Assembly (NCBI GenBank): GCA_030770535.1
Contig: JASVEC010000011.1
Span: 558,001 to 622,000, forward strand
Length of the DNA stretch: 64,000 nt
Direction: 5' to 3'
Source of the DNA: Batkoa obscura
Taxonomy: Eukaryota
The position numbers and the translations under genes are program-made. Positions 12,956 through 26,300 of this stretch are shown piece after piece. The notes under the pieces are model-generated. The model did not search any database, was not told the DNA's origin, and saw nothing but the letters and a program-made list of their open reading frames with translations. Positions within the stretch are counted from its first letter, which is position 1. Every line of letters begins with the position of its first letter.

Positions 12956-15511
12956 ATGAAAAGCTTTCGTAATAAGGTAGGCTTGTTTTTTCAGAATAAA
13001 CTTTTTATAGGTTACTAAAAAATATTAACTGCTTTTAGCTTCTAAGGACCAAAAACTCAAACGATAATACTTCAAAAAATACCCCTCCCAACCAAAACTT
13101 TGCTCCAAATGGAGCTTTTCCAAACGATGCCAACAATAATAATCCAAATGTAGTAAACAACTATCCAGTAGAAAATAGAGGTGGAATGGATTTGGACTCT
13201 CATAATATGGTAATCTAGTTATCCAACTTATAATTGTTTGATACTGATATACTATTAAAAAAAGGGAAATAATGAGCATATGAATATTCATGAAATGGGT
13301 CAAAATCCCCATGTTGGTGGTCCCCTTGGTTGGATCAAAAATACTGCCCCTTCCTCTATACCAATTGCAAAATCAAATCGTCGTCATCGTAACTCTCGGT
13401 TGTATGCTAGTGAAAATAGAGAACTTGAAAGACTACCATTAATTAAAAGTAGGATTTTTAAGATCCTATCGTTGTTATAAAAGCTAATTTATTATTTTAG
13501 ACACCATAAATAATGATGAAAAGAATGCGTTATTTCAACAAAAACTTGAGCAATGTTGTGTAATTTTTGATTTCCAAGATCCAGAATCAGATATTCCAGG
13601 GAAAGAAATTAAAAGACAAGCATTATTTGAACTTGTTGAATATATTACCACTTTTAGGAACGTAATCGGCGAAAATATTTATCAACTTGTTTTTAAAATG
13701 GTATTTAAATTAAGAATTACAATCTGTTTGATTAATAATAGTTAGTTTGCTACAAATTTATTTAGATCTCTCCCACCTCAAATTAATCCTTCTGGGGATG
13801 CGTTTGATCCCGAAGAAGATGAACCTGTACTTGAAGCTGCTTGGCCACATTTACAAATTGTTTATGAGTTCTTTTTAAGATTTATAGAATCACCTGATTT
13901 CAATCCAAACATTGGAAGAAAATATGTTGATCAACCATTTATACTTCAAGTATAGTCTTTATGTCAATATTATGCCATCAAGCTAATTTATTTTTTAGTT
14001 ATTGGAGCTTTTTGATACTGAAGATCCCAGAGAAAGAGATTTTCTTAAAACCACATTACATCGAATTTATGGGAAATTCCTTAATCTCAGAGCTTTCATA
14101 CGTCGATCAATTAATAATATATTTTTCCGTTTTATTTATGAAAATGAAAGGCATAATGGTATTGCTGAACTTTTGGAAATTTTGGGAAGGTAATTATAAT
14201 TATACGTAAAATTTCGAATTTGTAAGATATTAACTATTATTTTAGTATTATAAACGGATTTGCCTTACCATTAAAGGAGGAACATAAATCTTTTTTAACT
14301 AAAGTACTTATTCCGCTTCACAAAACAAAATCCCTTGGATTATATCACCCGCAGCTTGCCTATTGTATTGTACAGTTTCTTGAAAAGGATCCATCCCTTA
14401 CTGTTGAAGTAATTTTATTACGACTTCTCATTTATTTTTATTAATCCATTTAGTTATTTCACGGGCTCTTAAAATACTGGCCAAAGGTTAACAGTCCTAA
14501 AGAAGTAATGTTTCTAACTGAGATTGAGGAAGCGTTGGATGTAATTGAGCATGAAGAATTTTGTAGAATTCAAGTACCACTTTTTCAACAAATTGCAAGA
14601 TGTGTGTCTAGTCCTCATTTCCAAGTAAAAATAATTAAATATAAAATGCAATTAACTTATCTTTTTCTAGGTTGCTGAAAGAGCGCTTTTTTATTGGAAT
14701 AACGATTATATTATAAATTTAATGTCTGAAAATGCATCTGTAATATTACCTATCATGTTTGCCTCTCTTTATAAAAACTCAAAAATGCATTGGAATAGGT
14801 AACTTTATTTTGTACCTTTATTTTGGTTTTAAACTGTCTGCTATAGAACAATACACGGGCTTGTTTATAATGCTTTAAAAGTATTTATGGATATGGATCC
14901 AGGACTATTTGATCGATGTGTCAATACATTCAAGCTTAATCGTAAGCTGTAAGTAGTTAAGGTTAATTAAAATAATTAGTTATTAAAATATTATAGTGAA
15001 GCCAAACAACAAGAGCGTAGAGATCAATTTTGGTCTTTGATCGAAAGAAAAGCAAAGGAAAATTCAGAGAAACTACACCTCTCATCTTCTATTTCACTCC
15101 CACTTGCTACTCCAGCTGCACCAGGTAAATTAATTATTTAATTATGCTACAATCTTATAAACCATAATTAGCATCGAATGTTAACTCTTCTACTGAAGTT
15201 GATAATGATCCAGCTTTAGAAGATGATGATCGAGAACAATTGGATGTTTTGGAAAAAGAACTTGTAAATTTAATTTATATTAAATAAAATAAACTTATTG
15301 TATTTTTCAGGAATCTGGAGAGCCAAGACCAGCTTATAATATGTTCCGTCGTAAATCTGTATTACCTTTTGATCAGGAAGTGCTTACTGAACTTTATCAA
15401 CATAAGTCCTTGGCAGAAGTCATTCCGAGTCATAACGATGATATGGATAGTGAAGATTCAGGATCTATTAAATCTGAGGATTGTGGGATAGATCAAGAAG
15501 AGGAGCTTTAA
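12956..15511 (+). CDS. RTS1: PP2A B56 (B') regulatory subunit, multi-exon
   Basis: Exons encode [80 protein letters not shown] and C-terminal RRKSVLP. Confidence 0.95.
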
Positions 15512-15870
15512 AGATAAACATTGACCTTTTGATCCCAAACTTTTTAAGAGCCAATTTAACTTTAAAATTAATTTAGTTATATACAACTGTATATATAAAA
15601 TGAAGCTATTTTTATTTTTTGATATAAATAAGCTAGCTGGCTACCTTGTTTTCTTTTTTAAAGATTTCTATTTTGTACCTTTTTTTTTAGTTTGCTATTT
15701 TCAAATAAAATTATTGAGGTGGTGGATTTAATAATTTTTTTTACAAGGATATTGCATTTAAAGTAATATTATAGTTTTATAAGAAAAAGCAATAAAATTT
15801 ATTAAGCTTTGGTTAAAAGTATCTAAATAAAAAATTTGAGTTTTAAGCTTCTTCCAAAACCCATAAAAAA

Positions 15871-15942
15871 CTCCCCATCAGGGAATCGAACCCTGGCCAT
15901 CACGGTGAGAGCGTGAGATCCTAACCACTGGACCAATGAGGA
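15871..15942 (-). tRNA. tRNA-Glu (anticodon CTC)
   Basis: Reverse complement TCCTCATTGGTCCAGTGGTTAGGATCTCACGCTCTCACCGTGATGGCCAGGGTTCGATTCCCTGATGGGGAG; anticodon arm TCACG-CTCTCAC-CGTGA; TTTTTT Pol III terminator directly after. Confidence 0.95.
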
Positions 15943-16051
15943 ATGGTCCTACAAAGAGGATATTTTTGATCTAAAAACATTTTATTTATATCTTTTTTTT
16001 GACTAGGATTAGTTTACAATAGTAATCAAAGGTTGATAATGATCATAATAA

Positions 16052-16154
16052 TTTGAAGATGTATTTTTATGTTTAAGAATTTTACTAACAATTGTTCTAC
16101 TCAAATAATGCTTAAAAATGGAAAAGTAATGAAACCAAAAAAAACATCCCCATT
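16052..16154. mobile_element. MITE copy 1 (diverged)
   Basis: tgaagatgtattttt..ttactaacaat..actcaaata..aaaatggaaaagt..gaaaccaaaaaaaacatcccca aligns end to end with the copies at 35991 and 50261. Confidence 0.8.
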
Positions 16155-16886
16155 TGATCCAGAAAAATTTATAATATTGAATATACCAATAAAAGGAGGA
16201 GCATTGATTAAATTTTTGGTCTTTATATCATATTTATATTTTGTAGTTGGGGCTATATTGGTATTTATTTTATACTTCCATAATACTTGTAACTCATTAT
16301 ATTTTGATATATCATATTAATCGAATAAAGTTTAATTATGTTATGGAACAAATTATTTGTTCTTGAATTAGGACATTATCCAATCTTTTAATTAAGTGTT
16401 GTTTTCAAATTGGTTTATTACTAAGGTTCTTTCATTTGTCCGATAGGGTTCAATGTTTTTTTTACACAGATATTTTATATATATTAACAGTGATTGTATA
16501 GCGAATGAGAATATTTATCAATATAGTTATTTATATAAAAGTGTTAACTTTGTAAGTTTTATGTTCTTTTCGATTCGTCTTTTATTTCATTTTTTGATTA
16601 AAGTTAATGAAACAAAATTTATTATCAATAAGAATAAGTGGAAGGAAGGATTTGCGTATTGCTAAAAAAGGAAAGCTTCTTTTTTAATAATTACTAATGA
16701 AATTTAAGGGAGAAAGTAGTATTGAGCTAATATAAAAAAAAGACTAATAAGTTTAATTCAAGTAGTACAAAAACCCAAAACTAGTCAAATTAAAATAAAA
16801 CTTGATAAAAGCATCAAAAGATAGAACAATGAATAGAAATTTTTACTCCTTTTTGTTTTATCTTCTTAAATTTCTTAAACTAAAAT

Positions 16887-18462
16887 ATGACGGCCAATAT
16901 TGAGTTTAAACAAAATCCTTTACCCTACCCTCAATTCTTTATTTTGATGTGTGTTAGGTTTATTGAACCTGTTGGTTTCACCATCTTATTTCCTTTCGTT
17001 TATTTTGTAAGTCAATTAATTATGTAATCACTTCATTTACTAATGGATAAAATATAGATGGTCAAAGATTTCAATTTAACTGAAGATGAAAATATGATTG
17101 GGTTTTATGCAGGTTTTATATCGTCTTCGTTTGCAGTTGCTGAGTTTTTTTCAGGTAAGTTTTACGATTTTGTAATTAACAAGTTTATATTAATTTTTAT
17201 AGGAGTACCATGGGGTATCTTAAGTGACAGAATCGGTAGAAAACCAGTAATTATGATGGGATTAGTTGGTACTTGTATTACCATGTTAATGTTTGGTATG
17301 TCTAAAAATATATATTGGGCTATATTATCAAGGTTTGCGTGTGGTATTTTAAATGGTAATATTGGTGTATTAAAGTCTATGATTGGCGAAATGTCAGATA
17401 GAACAAATAGAGGTAATTTATCATTGTTAAAGATATTAAAAACTAATTCTTATTTTTGTTTAATTAATAGCTGAAGCTTTTGGTTACGCTTCTTTAATGT
17501 TTGGAATAGGTTCCATCTTTGGACCTATAATAGGAGGTTTTTTATCGAATCCAGTAAAAAATTACCCAAACTTATTTGGTGGTAATGAATTTTTAACTTA
17601 TTACCCTTATTTCTTACCTTGTGCGTTTGCATCTGTATTATGTTTTTTCGGTGTTATTTTTGTTCATATTTATTTAGAAGAAACTTTGATTTCTTTAAAG
17701 ACAAAGTTAAAAAATGATAAAGTCGATAATGAAAATGAAGCTCCTTTATTAAATGGGAATAATAGCAATAGCAATTATAACTCTATTGATGAAGATTTAG
17801 AATCAAACGGAATTAAAGAAGATCAAAACATTTCCATTACAACTTGGTATGTGATATTAGCTAATATTGGATTATCCTTAATGACTGTTATACTGGAAGA
17901 ATTGTTCCCATTTTGGGCAGCAACTAAGATTATGAAGGGAGGATTATCCTTCAGCACTTATCAAATTGGAATTGTATTGTCCTTTGCAGGTGTCGTGTTG
18001 ATGGTATTCCAATTGCTTATATTTCCTAGCTTACAACGTAGAGTTGGCACTTTAAAGTTGTTTCAATTGACTTATATAGTTTATGGTCCAATTTTATTAT
18101 TGTTGCCATTTGTCAATTATTTTGCTTCCAATGGATACACTCATATGTTATGGATTGCTTTATTTGTTATCTTCGGTATACGCTCTTGCTGTGGCTGTAT
18201 TGCATTTACAGCATATAATATCTTATTACCAGAATCTTGTCCAAACAAAAATATTTTGGGCAAGGTAAACGGTATTTCTCAAGCTTTAGGCTCCTTGATG
18301 AGAGGTGTTGGCCCTTCTATCTGTGGTATCTTTTATTCTTGGTCTTTATCTAACCCCACCTTCCCATTCGATTATCACTTTACTTTTATTATCTGTTTTG
18401 GTTTATGCGTTGCCAATTATTTCATTGTTAAACTTATCTCCCCAGATGGTATTATTCATTAA
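16887..18462 (+). CDS. MFS transporter (DHA1/ZIFL/YCR023C-like), 4 exons
   Basis: LPYPQFFIL..RFIEP, MFS motif A WGILSDRIGRKP, GILNGNIGVLKSMIGE, GPIIGGFLSNP; many hydrophobic segments. Confidence 0.9.
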
Positions 18463-18480
18463 TAAAAATTATATATTATA

Positions 18481-19452
18481 TTAACTATCTTTATTAAATT
18501 CAACTAATTTAACTTGTTCTTTAACTTTTCTTAAGGTAATAGAGATACGTAATTGTCTCTCTAGCGAAATACTACCATCAAGATGATCTACTAGACATTC
18601 CTTAATTCCATGACACCACTTATACCTTGCTTCTTTAGTTAATAGATAAACATCACCCTTATTTAAACATAGATTAAAGCCTTCCTTCCATTCCTTAGCA
18701 TAAGAAGTACCAGTTTGAATCTGTTTTTTATCAGCTTTAAAAAAAGAAAATAGAACGGAAGAGATCAAAGAGAGTCCTAATATACCATCTTCAAAATTTA
18801 ATAAATCAAAGTGAGGTTTAATACCTTGTCCAGGTAAATATAAATTATAAATCGCTTGATTAAACATTGGTTGGCGTTCTTTTATTGATTCTGAAAACTC
18901 TTTTTGTACAAGTTTGGATTGGATGATAGTCATTAATTTTTTATTAAGTTCTCCAAACTGCATATTTTGATTGCTTTTAAGTTCGGTTGTATCTAAACCA
19001 TCTGCATTGGTAATATCGAAATTAAATAGATCCTCCTTCAACCCCGGAAATATGTTTTGTTGTAATATATCTTTAATGATTTCTTCTTGTTCTTCATTAC
19101 TTATTAAATTCCTATAAATATGTAAGCCTGGGATATGGTTTTCAATGATTTTATCTTAAATATTTAATTTAAGTTTATAATTAAAAAGTATAAAATTACC
19201 TTCTTTTAGAATCTCTAATTCCACTTCTCCACTGTTGTTTTCTTGTGAGGAGCCTGTCTGTGTAAATTCAACTTCGAGATCACTTTCTTCATTATCATTT
19301 GATTTATTCCTTATAATATTACTAGCCTTTTTACATCGGTTAAACAATTGTTCAAAGATATCGCCTGTATCCTTTGGTTTTGAGTTATCGATTTCAATGT
19401 CATCTTGTACTACGTCTTCTATTTCATTATCTCTTTTATCCTTCTGATTCAT
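18481..19452 (-). CDS. AlkB-family 2OG-Fe(II) dioxygenase, 2 exons
   Basis: IPGLHIYRNLISNEEQ, NQAIYNLYLPGQGIKPHFD (HxD), EARYKWCHGI, RISITLR; intron about 19156-19199. Confidence 0.88.
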
Positions 19453-19863
19453 CTTTGATGTATATTAAATAATTAGAAAATATAAAAATGCAAATTTATC
19501 AATAAAACAGCATAATTTTTTTCTGAACTTCATTTTTTTGAGACTCAAGTTTCGAGATAGTTTATGTTTAAATAGTTTCTCACATTTTTCATAGAATAAT
19601 TTATGGTTTAGAAATTTTTTATTTTTTATTTTAAACATAAAAATATTCCAAAAAGGAATACTATCATGTAGAAAAAAGGAGAATTTATCATAAATAGGCT
19701 ATAGTTTTTATATAAAGTACATTAAATGCGTACAAGATAAAAACATTTGTAAAACTATAGATAAAACTTTATATTTGATAAAATTTAAATCTACAAAATT
19801 GATATGTGAATATATGACAAAGGTAGCAACTTTTTAACTATATTACAGGTCATTCAAATCCAA

Positions 19864-21640
19864 TTATATATAAAACTGCTCAGTGATGATAAAAATAAGA
19901 TAATAGTTTAATACATTTTGTTCCATTTTAGGCTTACATGAGGTTTCAATATAGTACTTGAATAAAAATTCAAAAAGATGGTATGAGATATAAATTGGAA
20001 ATATAACACTTGTTAATAAGAACAAAATAGCTGCACCATAAATGTCAATACCTTTAACTGAAATAAAAGGCACCTTTTGTGATACTGGAATAAGACGTTT
20101 TATCTCACAAGGTGGTATATTAGAATTAGGATCGTAAGGCTCATATTTTCTACACAGCTTAAGGGTATAGGCGTGTTGCTCAAATAAATCAGCTGCATAG
20201 TTAGTTCTCTTTGAGTTATAATGAGCAATAGTTTTCATTCTGAATAAATTTGACTTGAAGTTATCATCTTTATCTTCAATAATAGCTTTAAATTGTTCCT
20301 TTAGAGATTTGGATGTAAAAGTGACTTTATTAACATAAAGACCAGTTCCAATTTCTTCTATTTTGCGTGCATTTCTTCGTCGATCTGCAGTTAATGCTAA
20401 GCACAATACTGGAGTGCTTGAATAAATGACTTCAAATGTTGATTCTAACCCTCCATGAGATATAAATAACTTAGTGTTCTTATGATCCAAAACAGATACC
20501 TGTGGTGCCCAGGGTAATAATTTAATATCCTTATTTTTTCCTATAAGTAGTTCTTGCACTTCCATTTTCCTGCCTTCACCATTGTTTACTTCAATCGGGA
20601 AATCGTCTTGTTTGGTTTTACTTAACCCCCATACTAAACCGTTGATGATCCCTTCTTTAATCGCTAACAATGATGCTTCTAATATTTTTTTAGTTATAAC
20701 ATCATTCAATATTGATTGTGAACCAAAAGCAACAAATAAAGTGCTTTTGTGGGTATTTAAAAATTCTTCTAATTCAGGGGCCAATGTATCTCTATTTTTA
20801 GATACAATTGGGTCAGCATGGATCAAGTCTGGCATTAAGCTGGTTGCAGGCTCAAACCCAACAAAGCTATTAGCGATTCTTAACCCATAGTTTGACCCAG
20901 GATTCAATCCCTTAATTAGAGGAATTTGAAATTTCTGTCTTAACTGATTAATTAGTTAATAAATACTAGAAAAATGATATATGTAAGTAGCTGGCTTAAT
21001 AACTTCAGAATTAAAACGTTCAATAAAAGACATGTCCTTGGTATAAATTGGACCATAACCAGAATTCATTTTAATTAATGGCTCGAGAGTTAGGCCAAAA
21101 CCATCCGTTGTTTGATAGCCAACAATTAAAGGTATTTTTAAGTGCTTTGCTAAATCAATAGAAGATTGGGCAAAAAAGCTACAAACTAAAAGGTCGAGTT
21201 TTGATTTAATAAAATACTTTTTAAGTGGTAAAAAAGTATCCTGATAGGATTTAGTAAAAAAAGCACTTAAAAGTTGTGCCATAAATTTCATATTCATCTT
21301 AGTTCTAGATTGAGATATCATTTGTTTCATTTTATTGTACATTATTTTCTCTATTTCAACACCCACCTCGATATGACAGTATGATTTTTTATCTTTATAG
21401 CCTTAAGCAAATCGGATGTTTTCTTGTAACGTTGTATATGTTATTTCGTGACTTCTTTTTGCTAATTCATCACCAATTTCTAAAAGCAATCTAATATGGC
21501 TTCTACCTGCAAGTGATGAGTGTAATATAATACTCAGTTTACTATCGGGCAATCCTTATTTTTCAATAGAAGCATTACATAGCTTAAATAGGATGAAGCT
21601 TAAAATTAGAGTAAAAAGGTTTATTATAGTTAATTTTGGC
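19864..21640 (-). pseudogene. UDP-glycosyltransferase (GT1) pseudogene
   Basis: N-terminal GRSHIRLLLEIGDELAKRSHEITY and UDPGT signature WAPQVSVLDHKNTKLFISHGGLESTFE are present. In-frame stops at about 21405 (RFA*GY) and 20956 (SSIY*LINQ); ADR replaces the usual DQ. The 5' end is approximate. Confidence 0.85.
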
Positions 21641-23318
21641 TTAATCGTTTCGTTGTTTAAATAGTCTTTTTTTACTTTAACAGTACGGTTCATACATACT
21701 TACTATTTCTATCATCTTTATGATAAAATGATTTGAGGTCAGATGTAAAATTGAGTTAACTTTAAGCCAAACTCATCTCAAAGTCTAATACAAATTATTT
21801 GCTTAGGTTGATCCATGAACATCTAAAATACTTACAACTTGATCTTAAAATGCTACACTGCTGTTCCAATAAGTCACAACGTAGAAAAGTTGAACCTAGG
21901 GTTTAATTAGTTTATGATTAAAAGCTAACGTCAAATAATTTTATGAAATTAGTTGTTATAGTGTCATCGATTATTAGTTTTGAAATTTAAAATATTTACT
22001 AGAAATTAGCTTTTAAACCTTATTAATTTAGTGTTCTTTTAAAGATTCTTAATGTGATATTTATAAAAAATCCAAATACTTTTAGAATATAATTTAAATA
22101 TTGAGTTTTGAAAATAGTCAACGCATCCAAATATTTAATTTTGGATTTATAATAGGCCCCTTACAACCGTTAAAGTAAATGTGTAATATTTCTCCAAATT
22201 TAATTTAAGCGCAAATATATATGCATTTGTGTTTTGCATCTCCCGAATTCATTCATAGCGATTTTATTTTTTTTATTTTTACATAATATAAAATGAAAAT
22301 GCTCATTCACGTTTAAATTAACCTTGGAGAATACACACACATTTAAACTAATATTTAAAACAATATGAGTATATTTGAATATTTGAACTAAATACACACC
22401 TTTAAAATAAAATAAAATTAAATCAGAATCTTCTTAAATAATATCACTATTCTTGGGCTTTTATACCAAAGTTACGATGTAATAAACTCAAAAAAACAAT
22501 TATTCTTCTCGTATCAACATTTGTATACACTATCAATGAGTTGATAATTTAAAGTTAAAAGCTTAAAAACTATAAGTTGTAGTCTTAAATAGCGTAGTAA
22601 GTATAAAAGAAACTTAAGTCTAACTTTAAATTTAGCAATAAGCATAAACTTAAAAAGCCGAAGCGGTGTAAAAATCTTCATTAAACTCATAGTTTTAAGC
22701 CGACTATTTATGAAAAGCTTTATCATTTTTGGTTAGATAATCGGTAAAGGCGTTTCTAAAGTAATATCATTTTTAAGTAAGTCAGATCGGTAAAAACATG
22801 AGGTTGCAACACCTAAATCTTTTTCCACCAAAAATATGTTGCTTTTACACGCCAAAAACATTCTCTGTTGTAACCAATAGCCTATTTATTCCTTTTGCCC
22901 AAAGAAAAGAAACCATTTTGAAAACACCCCTATAGTCATAATTGGATAATTTACGTCGGCTTTAATATATTACATAGCTAATTAATACCAAAGAGGTTAA
23001 GGGCTTTATTATCTATCAATTTGCGCAGAACAATTAGCCAGGGAAAAAAGGAAATGTCTGGAACAACTTTTGATTGGTCGGGACAACCTAAAATGGAAAA
23101 CTGGGAAGATTAGGTAATAGGCATTCTCTAAATTTGGTCTTCGGATAATGCCTTTCGGCGTCTAAAGTATTTTTCGCAGCGATTTGGTTTTAGAAAATAT
23201 TCTTTTTAAACAAAGGAATCAGATTAAGTAAATCAACTACAGATTTGGAGATCGAGATGACTATATAAATAGGATTGCAATAAATTCATTTGAAATTATT
23301 AAAATTTAATTAATAAAC

Positions 23319-26300
23319 ATGTTTAACTTTAAAAAGAAAAAGCAAAACGGAGGTGAAGTCAGTGAAAAGGACGTTGATTTAGTTGAAGAAGTAAAGGAAG
23401 AAAAGACTCCAAATGTACCATTCTTTAAACTATTCAAATTCGCAACCCCTAAAGACAAAGTTATAATTGGTTTGGCTACTTTAGCTGCTACTATCAATGG
23501 ATTATCGCAACCTTTCTTATTTTTATTGTTTTCTCAAATTATTGGCTTATTTGGTGATTATCAGAAGAACTACCCAATAAATCCAGATCTTGCTAATTCA
23601 ACCTTAAAAGAAGCTATTGACTTCTTATGTATTATGTTTGTTGTGGCTGGAAGTATCACAGCAGTTGCTGCATACTTTCAATTATCCCTCTGGTTAATGG
23701 TTGGTGAAAGTCAAGCTGTGAGAATCAGGAATAAATATTACCATTCGGTTTTAAGCCAAGAAATGGGTTGGTTTGACTCTATCTCTTCAGGTGACATTGC
23801 TTCACGCATAGCTGGTGATATCAATATGGTACAAGATGGTATATCTGATAAAGTTGGAATGCTTGTACAATATATCACCTGTTTTATCGGTGCTTTTGTT
23901 ATTGCCTTTATAAAAGGATGGAAACTAACCTTAGTGATGTTGACTTCAGTACCATTGATGGCATTTGCTGGTATGTTGATGAGCAAAGTTATTGCTGACG
24001 CTTCTAAAGGTGGGCAAGGCGTATATGGTGAAGCAGGATCAATAGCTGAAGAAGTACTATCGGCTATAAAAACAATCTATTCCTTTAACACCCAAGAAAA
24101 GGAGCAAATAAGGTATGAACAAAAACTAAGAGTAGCTCGTAAGAAAGGTTTCCGTAAAGCTTTTTTTACAGGGTTAAGTAATGGTGTTTTTTTACTCATC
24201 ATGTTTTCAAGTTATGCTCTGGCTATGTGGTATGGTGGTAAATTAATTCGTGATGGTGAGCAAGAAGCTGGTGATGTATTAACAGTCTTTTTCAATGTCT
24301 TGATTGGTTCAATGGTATTGGGTATGACTTCCCCATCACTTACTGCTGTTGCCACTGCACAAGGTGCTGCTACTAAATTATTTGAAATTATTGAAAGAGA
24401 ATCAAGCATTGATCCATTTTTAATAACAGATGAGCATTTAAAAAACGAGTCTAAAATTTCACCAGTAAAGGGAAATATCAAGTTTGAAAATGTACAATTC
24501 AGTTACCCATCTAGACTGGATGTCCAGATCCTTAAAGGTATTAGTTTTGAAGCATCAAAAGGACAAACAGTTGCTTTAGTTGGTCATTCCGGTAGTGGTA
24601 AAAGTACATGTATTAGTTTGATAGAAAGATTTTATACACCAACATCTGGAAAAATATTATTAGACGATATGGATATCTCTGAAATCTCGAATAAATTCTT
24701 AAAAGAACATGTTGGCTTAGTAGGTCAAGAACCATGTTTATTTGGTACCACGATCAAACAAAACATATTATTTGGTTTAAAGAACGATGATGAGTTTAAA
24801 GCTGATGCTAAACAATTACATGATCGTGTTGTAAATGCTTGTAAACTAGCTAACATCCATGATTTTATCATGAAGTTACCACAACAATATGATACTATGG
24901 TTGGTGATCGTGGGTCTCAATTAAGTGGAGGACAAAAGCAAAGAATAGCTATTGCTAGAGCTATAATTAAAGATCCAACTATATTATTACTTGATGAAGC
25001 CACCTCAGCTTTAGATACTGAATCAGAAAGAATTGTTCAAAAAGCATTAGATAATGCTGCTAAAGATAGAACAACTATTGTGATTGCTCATCGTTTATCT
25101 ACTATTAAAAAAGCAGATAAAATTGTTGTTTTCGATAAGGGTACTATTATTGAAGAAGGAAGCCATAACGAATTACTTGCACTTAATGGCGCTTATGCTA
25201 ATTTGGTAAAACAACAGGAAATTAGAAAGGGCGATGAAGAAGAAAAGACCAAAGATGATACTGTAGTCATTGATGATGTGAAAGAAGAAGAAGAAGTGGT
25301 ATTGGATATTGACGATATTAAAGAGCTAGATGAAGGTCTATTTAGAATGACAAGCCGAGTTAAAACTCTTCCAAAAGAATTAGCTGAAAGGAAAAAAAAG
25401 AAAGAAAAAGTGCCAATGCCTTTAATGAGATGCTTAAAGATGATAGCACCACATTGGCATTTTGGACTCATTGGTTCTCTTGGCGCATTGCTGGATGGCG
25501 TTTCATTCCCCATTTATGCCATCCTTCTTACTGAAGCTACTCAATCCTTCTTCGATTTAGGCGTCCCCGAATTGGTAGAAAAAGGACAAGAAGATATCAA
25601 CTTCTGGTCTCTTATGTTTTTGATTTTGGCCATTGGTTGTTTAATTGCAGGATTTATGAGATATGCTGGTTATAATACACTAGGGGAACATCTCACTTAT
25701 GAAATACGTAGAAGATGCTTCCGTTCTTTATTAACTCAAGAAGTTGGCTTTTATGATGCTCCTGAAAACTCGGTCGGAATTATTTCTGGTAAACTATCAA
25801 CTGAAGCTGAAAATGTTCAAGGTTTAGTTGGTAAATTTATGGGCCCAATTTTTAGTGCTTTCTCTTGTACCGTTGCTAGTTTAATCATTGCTTTTTTGAA
25901 TGGATGGAAACTTACTTTGGTTGCACTAGCTACTGTGCCACTCAATGCTTATGGTCAACTTGTCGAAGTTTCTGCATTAACTGACGTCAATGAGAAAACT
26001 AAACATGCTTACCTAAAAGTATCACAAATTGCTATGGAATCTATTATTAATAAGCGTACCGTTAGTTCTTTAAACAGAGAAAACCTTTTCTTTGAGGATT
26101 ATTTAGAAAGAGTTGAAAAAGCCCATAGAATTTCTAAAAGAGGATATCTTAAATCAGCAATAGGCTATTCATTTGCTATGGGTATCCCTCACTTTGTTAA
26201 TGCCTTAGTCTTTTGGTATGGTACCACTTTGTTCATTAGTCAAGAATATACCTATACAAATATGTTTCAAGTTATTACTTCTGTTATGTTTATGGGAATG

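Noticed and set aside
16069..16320. 83-aa plus-strand ORF as a small membrane protein
   Set aside because: Its first third lies inside MITE copy 1; the hydrophobicity is explained by T-rich sequence.
23306..25513. Antisense ORFs inside the ABCB gene (and similar ones in gag/pol, UGT, TPX2 and ALDH)
   Set aside because: Shadow frames of real coding sequence, with no independent motifs.
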